NCBI GenBank assembly: GCA_051362555.1
Contig: CM120641.1
Span: 7,502,001 to 7,566,000 of the forward strand
DNA from: Lingula anatina
Lineage: Eukaryota; Animalia; Brachiopoda
Length of the DNA stretch: 64,000 bases
Direction of reading: 5' to 3'
Shown here one piece after another: positions 25,801 through 36,581 of the stretch. The notes beneath the pieces are model-generated. The model ran no database searches. It was not told where the DNA came from and saw nothing but the letters and a program-made list of their open reading frames with translations. Both the position numbers and the translations under genes were made by a program. Position 1 is the stretch's first letter, and every line of letters begins with the position of its first letter.

Positions 25801-28800
25801 TGGAGGCTTCATGGAGGCTTCCGTTAATTTCCTGAACTGCAAAGAAGAAAGCCATACTCACGCAAAAAAGCTGTTAGTGCATGTAATTTAAAAGAAAAAA
25901 AAAGAAAAGGAAAATTCTGATCAAGAATGGGCCAAAAACAAAATGTCTGTTCAGACAAAGACAACTTCAGACTTGATACTGTACTAATACCTTCAAAACT
26001 GCTACTGTACCAACAATTTAAGACCTGGCACTACACCAATACTTTCAGAGCTGATATGTATCAATATCTTCATACCTAATACTGTACCAATACCTTCAGA
26101 GCTGATACTGTACCCAGCACTACTGTACCAATACCCTCAGACCTGATACTGTACCAACAACTTCAGACCTAATACTATACCAATACTTAAGATCAATGTA
26201 CCAACAGATCCATATCTTTACTGTGCCCATACCTTTAGAGCTGATATTGTCTCATTACTTTCATAACTGATACTGTACCAATACCTTCAGAGCTGATACT
26301 GTACCAATACCTTCATACCTGATACTGCACTTAAAACTTTAGACTTAAATTTATACCAAAATTCAGATCTGAAATGATAACAACATGCACACTCAGATAA
26401 TTGGATTATAAAGATTTCTCTCACTCTATCATAGAACAATCGTGGAAAATGATGAAAAATTTCACCTCATTTATATTGCTTAAATTGTGGACTCCTTATG
26501 CTTAATTTGCTTATGTTACCCTCGGATGATCAGTTACTATCATAAGCACTGCTTCTCTCACCTCTTATGAATTTAGAATACATTAGATACATAAGCTAGT
26601 TTCACAAATTTAGAATTTTTGAAAATAGTTTTATAAGACTGCTTTTTATTTATGTTCTTTGACCCCATTTCCATAGATATTAGATCGATCTATCCCTGTG
26701 GGGAGTCTCACTAAATTACTTTCAGCTTAGCCGGCTTAAGCGTCTTTCCTGCCTACTGAAGGCTGTAAGGGGGTAATTAACTATGGTGCGCGCTCGGCTG
26801 ACTGCAATTTAGCGTGAACCCCCAGGAAGTTAGGTCGATCTAAATCTTAATTCCTGGATCGATCTAAATCTCTGGGAATACACCCTTTGATTGTATCTTT
26901 GATATTTTTGATTAAAAATTGGTTTGTGATGGTACAATGCAGTGAGATACTAGAATTTGATTCATTCTTGTTCTATTTAATGTTCTCTGGACTTACTACA
27001 GGCATAGATCTCATTTGACGCGAACAGGTATGGTGGTAAAACTGGTTTAAGAAGCAAATATCTGAAGTTTTCCTGCACTTCACCTTCACAAAACAAATAA
27101 CTTAAACGTTTCCAGTCATACTACTTCCACCTACTGCAATGGGACAGCTAGCACAATCAATAACACGCGGATCATTGTGTGATCTATACGTGACCCTGTT
27201 TCATGTATTCCATCCGTTTACCTCATCGACATGCCGAGCATGCATCAATCAAATTCATGTGACTCAATATTTATCATCTCATTGGATTTTTGACATTCCA
27301 AGAAATAAATTTGATTGGTTTGTGGCACATCAATCGTGAAAACTGCAGTAAAAGAGGTTTTCAAGAGTGATCACATAGTAGGGAAGGTAGTGGAGAAATC
27401 TTTATATATATATGTATATAGGATGAACATTTTGCATTCTTAGTTGCTTTAGGGAAATGACAAATATTCGAAATTTTCTGACCAAAGTATTATCAAGTTC
27501 AGTCACAGTTTAAATTTGGCTAAAAAAAACAGCTATTTGGCTAAAGAAAATGGTACAGTAACCAGTTCCAGTTGTGAAAGTCCATGAAATATAAGCAATT
27601 TTGTTGGATATCAGCGGCACTGTCTTCCAAATCGGTTCAAAGTAGTCATCAGCTAGCTGAAAAGGCCTTAAGAGAAGTAGATGACACAACAGCAGAAGCC
27701 TCATAGACTGTCAAGTAAATTATATTTTAAAAGCATCCTGTGCTTTTAGAGAGGCTAGCTAATTATATGATTGTTATTCTTAGGACACATATAATGTTAT
27801 CACCATGAAGAAAATACCACGCACACAATAGCATAGTGCAGACAGTTTTTCATGCACTAATGTTCCCAAAATTCATTTATGACTTCCATTAGGCATAACA
27901 AAAAAGGTGTTGGTGTCACCCTCGAGTCATCTTCAATTTGGATTAAAAAACTTTCTAATCTTTTAAAGGATGCTCCAGGGAAATATTTTGAGTAAGCTAC
28001 TCATATGTTAAGGAATTTTCTACCATTGCACATCATTGGAAAAATTATATGGTTGCCTTTGTTTCAAACTTTGTTTTCATTTAATTATAAATATTACATC
28101 TATCATATATGGGAAGGTCTGTTTGGCTGAACAATCTTTTAAAGGGATAGTAACTCTTCGTATGAGATCTATAATTCACAATAAAAACATTGTAAACAGC
28201 TCATAGAAATATAATATATTCTGTTTTACCACAAAAACGGCAGTTACAGCTATTATTCTGATATCTGAGCTTGTCATCAGACCACATGACCTCCATAGAT
28301 GGCTACACTCTAAAACCAAACTTTTTAGAATAAAACCAGGGACTAACTTTGAATGTAGAAATGGATTTGTTAACCATTGGTAAGTATGGGAAAGTTGTTG
28401 TTTTCTCCAGGAAAATTCATTTTTTGGCCAAAACGAACAGTTATTATCCCTTTAACTTTCAGAATAGTTACTAACATTTAATAGCTTGAAAATCCAACTA
28501 CTAAATCATGGATATATCCCCTTTCAACTAAATTCATTAGCTTGGAATGGATAATCCCTTACATAGGAAATTGAGAATGCATTAAAAGGAAAAACAGCAT
28601 CAAGTTACTGCTAGCAAGTACTTATGTAGTATGAATAATTCATTGAAGAATAGTTAATATCTTGAAAAAAATAAGGGAAAAGGAGCCATGAATACTCAGC
28701 ACATCATCAGGAATATACCTAACATCATTATAAAATATCATCACCAGAGTTGTCAACACTCAGCTTACTTACAAGTATCAAACTCATTTTGATGTATTTT

Positions 28801-31800
28801 CTTTCTTTTTATTCTTTTCTATTGTAAACAGCACGATAAATAATTCATCAACTCATTCAGTATTGGCAATCTTGCAAAACCAAATAACATTATCTACGTG
28901 AAAAATAACATGCAGTTAATTCAAATGTTACACTGGAAATTTTCTCTTTCTTTTCTCTCACTACATGGAAAACCTTCACTTCAGGGTTTCTAATGTAAAA
29001 CATACCCAAGCTCATGTTAAAATGAAAATGCTAAATCACTAAAAGGATAATATATCTTTGCAAAAGTACACTGGTTCGGTAAAAAAATGAAAACATTTGG
29101 TAACACAAAACATCCTAGCTTCACCACAAGGAATAGTATCATACATGAAATCTAACAAGTAGTACAGACATTTCAAATATAAATATTAAGTTTTAAACAG
29201 AAACAAATCCTATTTTGAACTCTTTTTCATGAAAACCAAAATGAATTCTATGAGAATCACTGGGCCAGTTGCTTTATTTCCTGTCATGCCTCTCAAATGT
29301 ATCCAAGCACTCTTCCTGCTATCAACTATCAACACTTTATAAATCATATCATAAAGTCATTTCTCTCAAACATTATCTCACAAAACCTGAAAAAAAAGAA
29401 ATATGCTGAAGAAAAAAAGCACTTTAAATCATGTTAAAAATACATCAACAAGAAGCCCACAAGAGATTACGGACTGGAAAGCAGTCCATTAATTTTCCAA
29501 GGTGTTTCAAACCATATGTCACAGTCTGATGCCCTCATTGTCTAAAGGAAAGTGAAAATGAAAGGCAACCTAAGTAAACCACCAAGATGGAAGGTCTACA
29601 GATATTTTAAGTATCATTCATAATGTAGACCAAAAGTTATCTATTCTGAGTTTCAACATTCAATGTATTCAACAGTCAATTTATATTCACCTTTTCAAAT
29701 CCAACAATTAAATAATGCTGAATTTTACCAAATGTTTGCCCCTTTTCTGAAAAATTCTCTGAAATAAAACTGCAAATGTATTAAGTACATGACTGTTCTG
29801 TTTGTTGCAAATAAGCAGAATCTATTGGCATGATAAGGCTGGATACAAGCTGGAAACACAGGATTTGCATCTGGCAGGTTGTTCTACTTTATCATGGCTT
29901 TTTGCATTTATCCATAACTACAAATTACAAATCTATTTAAAGGCATTAATCACCGTGTGATTTCATATTTCATCGCTTATCTTGCCTCGAGCATTTCAGA
30001 CATTAACAGTGGTTTCTTGGAAACTAGAATGAGCGCTTTCATACAAGTCTCCATGAATCTGTTTAGCTCAGAATGGCACCAGTGGTCTTACTTGTAATCA
30101 AGCTGGTTAAAACTTCTGGATCTAAGGCAGTGCTTGCCAATTCCAAAAATGAACAGCTGACCACATATTTAACTGATGGACCAGGGTTTAGATTGATAAC
30201 TGCTTTGGATTTGCCAATAGTGTTTTGTAAAAACAATATCTTCACCAGTCTGTATATCCCAGATCAAATGCAGTACAAAATGAGAATGTTATGGACATAT
30301 CATACCTATATCTAAAACATAATCCTATTTCATTCAGAGAACATGTTGCATGTGACTTTTATTTAAATAGTACTTAGCTGAATCTTTTTGAAACAGTGCT
30401 CTAGTATAGTTAACTTCTGGTTCACACGAAGTGCTATACATCTGACAAATGAAAAAAAAATCATGTTGCCAAGTAAAAATATAGCTGTTGATAAATTAAT
30501 GTGTGCAATTTTACGTTTTATTCTAATATTAATTTGATCTTGCTAGGAAAAACTCATGGATTTACTGACAGAATATTAACTACATTGCTGATATTTTTTT
30601 CAAATCATTCCAACATCTAAATCCCTTCTTTTCCACTTGTTTGCAATTGATAATTAATGCTCTAGATAAAACACAACTCCTACTTCTATGCAATAAGCCT
30701 TATCTTTAACTTGAATTCCCAAGAGACAAATCATTTCTTAACTATCATTCTAGGATCAGTAATACTATTTGCAAGTGCTGACACCTTTTGACTTGAATCC
30801 AATCTATAAGGAGCTACTTAAATAGGAATGCAATTGAAATTAACCTTCACACTGAAAAAATGTTTTTAAAAATCTTAATAGATAAACACAGGGAAACTTC
30901 AGGAAGAAATACTGGTCTTTTGCTAGTCCTTCAGACCAGCAGGTCAAAATATCTACCAGCCATCATGAAACTCTACTGATCCAATTTTTTACAGAGTTTC
31001 TATTAGTATCCATATTATATATATCTTTATTTCAATATCTATATTTAGACAAATTCAGCTTTTTAGCATGTATAATTCTTTTTTGGATTTCTGAAAATTA
31101 AAGTCATATTATATGACCTACACACACACAAACACTCTTATACTTCGATATTCAATGATGCTGTAAAGTTATATGCATATTCATATATACACAGATAACT
31201 AACTATGAATTGCTCTAGAATACCAGAAATAAAACACCAGGAAAATCTGTTTTTAATTAGTATATTGAAATCCACTGCACGGAATGACTTTTTACAGTTA
31301 AAACTATTAAACTTCGGAAAAGCAAATGCCAATGTTGCCTTTATTCATTTACTTAGTTTTCTTTGTACAGAAACAGCATATATTATACAGTCCTACTTGT
31401 TGAGCATATTTTTATGGTTCTCACATGTAAAAATTCCAAAGTTCCAAATTAATAAAGGTTGCAGATTCATGCCATCTGCAATTGTCATCATGAGAATCTG
31501 AAATAAATATGTTGAACAGTTCCATCTTCCTCAATAAATCATTCTTTTCCTTCTCTTCTGCTACATCTCCCATTTCTTCTGGAAGACTGACCTGCATCTT
31601 AACATGAGCCATGCATGCTGAAGAGGCATGAACAATGACTTAACTGTCCAGTCTATACTGATGATATGTAGTAAATAATGCACTGTCCACGAGCCCGATA
31701 TCACGATAGCATGCCGAGCGCCAGCGAGGCGTGCTATCGTGTATATCGGGCGAGGGGGTAACAGTGCGTTATTTGTCATACATACAAAGGGAAATCGTGC

Positions 31801-34644
31801 GTGTTCCCCACCCAAACCCCCTAACTTTGAATAGAACACGCTGATATCACCGCGCATGGGGTGATATCAAAAAATGGACTTTCCCCGCATTTACTGCCTA
31901 ATTGCGGTCACCGTCCAATCATCTTCGTTTGCGTTAGTGGTTTTCTGAGTAGTTGGCTGATTTCCTGCCCATCTTCCGCACGTGGCAGTCACTCTGTCTC
32001 ATTCATTGTATCGGTCCCTGCAATCCTTTTGTTTTGATATCAGCCCCGTGGTATGTATGTATAAAAAGCATACCTTCCACCGATCTTCAAATTTTCCATT
32101 AGCCCTTATCTTTTTATAAGCCTTAACATTTTAGGTCTTGATTTTTCTTGTGAAGGTACCAGTCCAGTGCGTTTCTCCTGCCACACCAAACACCGAAACA
32201 ATGCTTTACTATATAGACCACAAGTCTGATTCAAAACCTAACTGTGATTGGCTCTAAGAAACCAATGACAGCACACATAATATGGAAATGGGAAATTCCC
32301 CCCAAAAACGTGGATGCATATATTGAAAAGTAAAGAGAAATACCAATTTAACTTGACATGTGTTTTGGTCTTTCAAATCAGTTAGTAACTGTCTTATCAT
32401 AGGTTGAGTGAGTAGTTTAAGATCATTGGTCTTTTTTTAGTTCTCTGAACCGACAGTTGTGGACCTCTACCAGTTCATCAGTTTTTCCATCAGTCATAGT
32501 GGGTGGGAATGACATTTTAAACAATTCCATGTCTAATTCTTGACCAAAAAGTGAACATCTAAATAATCTTTTAGAAGATTAATTCACTTTGTTCGTAAAT
32601 ACTCATCCTGACTGGATAAAAATCCGTCAGAGAAGAAGGTAAACTTCAAAAATAAACACTGTTTTTATTGAAAAGGCTTAAATATATATTCACTAAGATC
32701 TAAAGATAATTGAAATTAAATTATACACTTATCACAAACAATTTATTACCCTGACTATCTTTGAAAACATGTCTGCTCCTTTGGAGGTTATGCCACACCC
32801 TGTGAAGTTGACAGAGGCAATGTTTCCACTGTTCTTGATGGCCTTACACAGGACTAAACAATTGTAAATAAGAAAGTATTCATAATCAAACTGACAGACA
32901 GCATTTTCAACTTAAAATAACTTCATCAGTTAAGGCAGCTTTGCTGTAAATGATATAACACAGGTATATATATATATATATATTTGAAAGTGTTTTCAAC
33001 AATAATTCTAAAATTAAAAATTATCAGTAAACTTTTAACTTAAATGTATCAAATATTATCTGATTGGTTTCAAAATATTATGCACAGGATTTCATCCATC
33101 AAATGTCTTACTTTCCAAACCAGCATCTCCTATAGGGCAGTATTCAAGTGACAGGTGATTCAAAGTCCTGTTCTTTAGTATACCCTGGAGAAGATAAAAA
33201 TCTGTTTAAATATAAAACAATATTAATTTTATGCTATTTTACATGTGTTGGAAATGTATGAAATACTGTCTGTGACATTTCAATATTAAATCCTATGATT
33301 ATGACAAAATCATTAGCATTTAATCATGCAATGGCTTACTTTAAACTTAAATTTTTGAACAAATCTCTCTTATACAGTTGGAGATTATTGTACAGAAAAC
33401 CACATGCTGAATTAATTATTATTCAATCCACTGAAGCAGTCACATTCATTTCAGCAAAGAGAATTGGGCAGTCCCTGCACTTTATATCTAGTCTCTTTGA
33501 TATAAACAGTTTCCACTCAACTGCTGCATTACTAACAATACAAAATCAGGTTTCTTTACTAGTCAAGATGACTATGAAAAAAATTATACGAAAAGAAACA
33601 CTTGTCAAATGGGTCTATCAAAGGACTCAGCAATATATACGATATGCACTTTATTAGCAACCTGAAAAAGGCCATACCTTAGCCAGCACAGTGAGGTCCC
33701 TCTCTCTCAGAGGTAATCCCTGCAGCTCGAGGCAGGTCAGTGATGGAGTGACAGTCAGACATTCCCGAAGTGACCTACACAGTCGGTATGTGATCTCCTT
33801 GGAGCGGATGGCAGGTGTCTTTCTTTTAAGTACCTGTGATCTGGGATCTGATAAAATAAAGGATTAGAAAGCATCCTACAAATATCCATCTTTCTATATA
33901 TGTCTGTGTCTCTATCTGTATTTGATTAAGTTGGGTGTTTTATATGCATTCTTATTTCCCTGAAAAGCCTTCATCATTTTTGTTTTCTATGATTATGTCA
34001 TTGCCTTTAAATGGCATCAGGTGGACAAAATGAAGAGAGACATACCTAATATTAAGCATACCAATATGGCATTTAACTTAAAAACTTTTAACTGAAATAA
34101 GAAGTTGTCTCATAGTACTCCTTTAACTTTTACAATTACATAAGCAAATAAAATATTATATAAAATGTGCCTAAAATGATTTTAACAAATCTGACACTGA
34201 AGTCAAACAACTCTATTAAACATAACTTACCAGTTTTATCTGCAACCTGTCTGTAATAACTTCTGAAAGCTATAAACTCTAAGGTTTTGTTGATCCTCAA
34301 TGTGTTTAAGAGGGGAACCCAGTCATTGGCCCTGCAAAAGGGTACATTGTGTAAAATTTCTTTTAATAAATAAGAGCACCAAAAATGCATAATACATATT
34401 GGCTGTATGTAAACTTACTGACCAGGCCTTGAAGGTAATAAGATGGATTTTAAATTGTTGAGTATCATAGAATCTACCTGACTCTGTCTCCATTGACATC
34501 CAGAACCCCATCACTCAGGTGTGCCTTCACAGCTGGCAGTGGCACAGAATCCTGTAGTGCACATAGATAGTTATAGTGTGCCTCAAAGTCATAGGCTCCT
34601 CTCTGCCTAACCTTCACACTCTCTATCATGTTAGCACTCTGCAT
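5606..34644 (-). CDS. CEP78: Centrosomal protein of 78 kDa (LRR + coiled coil), ~966 aa, 14 coding exons
   Basis: Exons 34478-34644, 34231-34331, 33678-33847, 33112-33184, 32750-32853, 12220-12394, 10940-11053, 9532-9596, 8742-8864, 8226-8347, 7690-7915, 7371-7448, 7033-7184, 5606-6836. All introns are GT-AG, phases are consistent, total 2901 nt. Recognisable CEP78 motifs: [82 protein letters not shown]. Confidence 0.93.
10245..10576 (+). mobile_element. Kolobok/T2-like MITE, copy 1
   Basis: TIR AGGGATAATAACTCTTCGT / ACGAAGAGTTATTATCCCT flanked by TTAA on both sides; homologous to copies at 28143, 51578 and 62332. Confidence 0.85.
13678..13691. promoter_or_regulatory. RFX X-box motif GTTTCCATGGCAAC
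   Basis: 14-bp near-palindromic match to the RFX X-box consensus, inside the CEP78 intron. Confidence 0.45.
15730..16206. mobile_element. Two adjacent foldback/MITE elements (15730-15918 and 15973-16206)
   Basis: Each is an imperfect palindrome. The first is homologous to 21446-21693 (shared accagcttttctgtattc and ccaact..gggactctc). The second is homologous, inverted, to 26663-26885. Confidence 0.7.
18265..19206 (+). CDS. Uncharacterised single-pass membrane protein (313 aa), nested antisense within a CEP78 intron
   Basis: 942-nt uninterrupted ATG ORF in AT-rich intron. TM segment [26 protein letters not shown] followed by TKR; N-terminal NKT and NYT sequons; acidic Ser/Tyr tail. Acceptor-like ttgttttcag at ~18084 and AATAAA at ~19730. 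Confidence 0.75.
   Translation: MLVDTLQRHQWWLDQINQHDTVILRHQKSRLQKAILELFNKTGPGERRAELIRFWLRLNYTLTTSSPTTITTANALNEEYQEEIYEYSFSLVAVISGIFVFLTLAATIGVIVFCTKRNSVFSSARSKRSTSRDTVNSYEMTDASLTDIEYTDYETETEVDEPHSVVSFIQESDYEDETPLVSPSSEIPQAMPTSAHYGSTHRTRRDMNVNSLFDPGPSTSGVSSTTSLNIKKSQSYNGRLYEHISPNSGDESDEDYDTIHCLNTDDALLACSGKAPLGKSLIRSAKQKGIAMAKSVKKSISFDSKFKYREIRE
21446..21693. mobile_element. Foldback/MITE element, same family as 15730-15918
   Basis: Inverted arms tccaactccgcagggactctc / gagagtccctgcggagttgga and outer ttcccaatgaaa / tttcaatgggaa. Confidence 0.7.
25960..26345. repeat. Degenerate ~26-bp minisatellite
   Basis: Unit cttcagagctgatactgtaccaatac repeated with variation, roughly 14 times. Confidence 0.85.
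26663..26885. mobile_element. Foldback/MITE element, inverted homologue of 15973-16206
   Basis: Shared gatcgatctatc..ggggagtctcactaaatt and aatttagcgtgaacccc..gttaggtcgatc segments. Confidence 0.7.
28143..28451 (-). mobile_element. Kolobok/T2-like MITE, copy 2
   Basis: TTAA-flanked AGGGAT...ATCCCT termini; reverse complement of the 10245 copy. Confidence 0.85.
31672..32066. repeat. GC-rich interspersed repeat with a strong terminal hairpin
   Basis: cccgatatcacgatagcatgcc ... ggcgtgctatcgtgtatatcggg stem (31694-31750); CpG-rich block contrasting with AT-rich flanks. Family not identified. Confidence 0.5.
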
Positions 34645-35161
34645 ATCTGGAATAAAAATAAAAGTTCAATTGTGTTATGCCATAACTGAAAGTGAAAAAA
34701 ATTGACCAGGCAATCATTCCTCTGAATAAATCTAGAATCTAACTACCTCAGGTTTTCAAGTCTTTTAACAGGCTTTGGGAGGTAGGTGATCACAACCCAA
34801 ATGGTTTACAATTAAAACTTATGGTAGCTTAATGGAGATCATCCTACCTGTCAAGGTTCATTATTAGAACCTTGCGACTTCCTATCCAGATTATATCTTG
34901 AATCTTTTATTTACTTTATACCTGATTTTATCCTTATTCTCTTTTCAATCATCACACCTGATAATTCTAGAGCTGTGTTTAATGAAATAATATTTAGTTA
35001 TTCAAAAATGAATTGACCCCGTGGGTGCAGAATTTGTATTTAAGAGAGATTGAGTTGAAATTGTAGAGGATACATGGATAGATAGAGTGAGAGACTCTGA
35101 GAGAGAAATAAAGAGTCTCTGAGAACTTCAGACTCTTGCTGAACATTGTTATTTTCCCCTC

Positions 35162-35730
35162 TCCCATGCATCAGTAATATTTTTATTTATAACCTGGGTA
35201 AGGAGTAACAAGAAAGAGATTTACATGTACATTCAATATTTTGTACCATTTCCAATTGACAGAGTTCTTAACTATTCATGATTCACATAAATCACCTGTT
35301 ACTTCAGAAGAAAATATCAACTTCATGTACTTTTATCTGAGGGGTTTATCTGGATTACAAAAGATTGGTACTACCTAGCTTTGCACTTGGACATAGTCCA
35401 AGCTTTGCAGGATATTAGATTCAAATTGTTACTTTGGAATATTTTCAAATGTGTCTTGTGTACTCCTTTAAGTGAAAGGTGAACATGACGGACTGAAAAT
35501 AGCAAAACTTGGAATCTTAAAAGTCACTTAAAATTAATGCCCACACACACCCCGCCTGTTCATGCAAATCATGGGTATATGTAGTTTAAAGTTTGCAAGT
35601 CAAACAGTGATTTGCTATTAAAATACATATTTTTTTCTCATTCCTTTTGGATAGAAAATCCTGTAAAATCTCTTTCTTGTTACTCCTTACCCAGGTTCTG
35701 AATAAAATTAATTATCACTGATGCATAGGA
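35162..35730. mobile_element. MITE-like element with ~60-bp terminal inverted repeats in the CEP78 5'UTR intron
   Basis: atgcatcagt..aacctgggtaaggagtaacaagaaagagatttaca (35162-35224) versus its inverted copy (35662-35730). Confidence 0.7.
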
Positions 35731-35979
35731 TATAAAAGACTTTTAGAGAGTATGAAACAAAAAAATTGTGTCGAAGTAATACTCAGTTTAAAGTTTAAAG
35801 TTCGAGCCAACGAGCCTACCACACTGATGGATTGATGACAGTGATGCAGTCTTGTTTAGGAAAGCTTGCAAAATATGACAGCGGAAGACACTTAGACTTT
35901 GATAGTTCCATCGTGACTAACACTGCCAAAAACTATATGCAAATATCATGTTTATATGTTTGTCATCCTGTGCTCTCAC

Positions 35980-36259
35980 CTTGAGATATGAAGCCATCAA
36001 TCTTATATTATCACCTGAATAAATTGTAAATAAACAAAGAAAGCGTGCTTCGAAATGACCGGTTGACTCTTCCCACAATGCCGTACCGGAAGTGGTGTCG
36101 TGACGCACTTTTCCGGCGTGTTTAGCACATTCTGGAAAATTATTGTTAAAACCCCCAGCGTCCAGAACAACCATTGAACATTTCAGTGTCTTGCGTTAGA
36201 CTGTTTCATTAACAAGAACGACAACGATTTAACTACCAAAGAGACTGATCGCAACTTTG
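35980..36259. promoter_or_regulatory. Bidirectional promoter and non-coding first exons of CEP78 (-) and DNAJA (+)
   Basis: Oppositely oriented donors (aag|gtgag at 35980 on -, tg|gtaag at 36259 on +) lie only 280 bp apart. CpG-rich; ETS motif ACCGGAAGTG 36085-36094, TGACGCA 36101-36107, HSE-like TTCtgGAA 36130-36137. Confidence 0.65.
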
Positions 36260-36581
36260 GTAAGCATTATCACTTATTTCACCGTCCTATCTAAATTAGA
36301 CGATAATTTTTTATTTTGCCAGTCACACTCTTATCAAGCGTGGTGCTGGTAGTTAGTGATTGTTTTGTGGCGCATAGTAACACAAAGAATATATTTTATA
36401 TATAGTATTTTTTTGTATTTTCTTGAAAAATGAGTAAGATTCGATATTCATGTACATGTACCTTTCTGTGATAATGAAAATTATCAGGTGGAATATTATA
36501 ATGATCCAACGAATCTAATACAAAATTGAATTGGAATTTTTATGGGTTCTGTCTTCCAGTCAGTACATACAGACTATCACA

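Noticed and set aside
25960-26345. CRISPR-like array
   Set aside because: Units are contiguous and degenerate with no unique spacers, there are no cas genes, and the context is eukaryotic.
30063-30315. Second nested gene or extra CEP78 exon in the giant intron
   Set aside because: Short ORFs on both strands with no recognisable motif. CEP78 exons 32750 and 12394 already join in frame with contiguous homology.
35821-35920. C/D-box snoRNA in the CEP78 first intron
   Set aside because: TGATGA-like words are present, but there is no convincing terminal stem, D box or recognisable rRNA antisense element.
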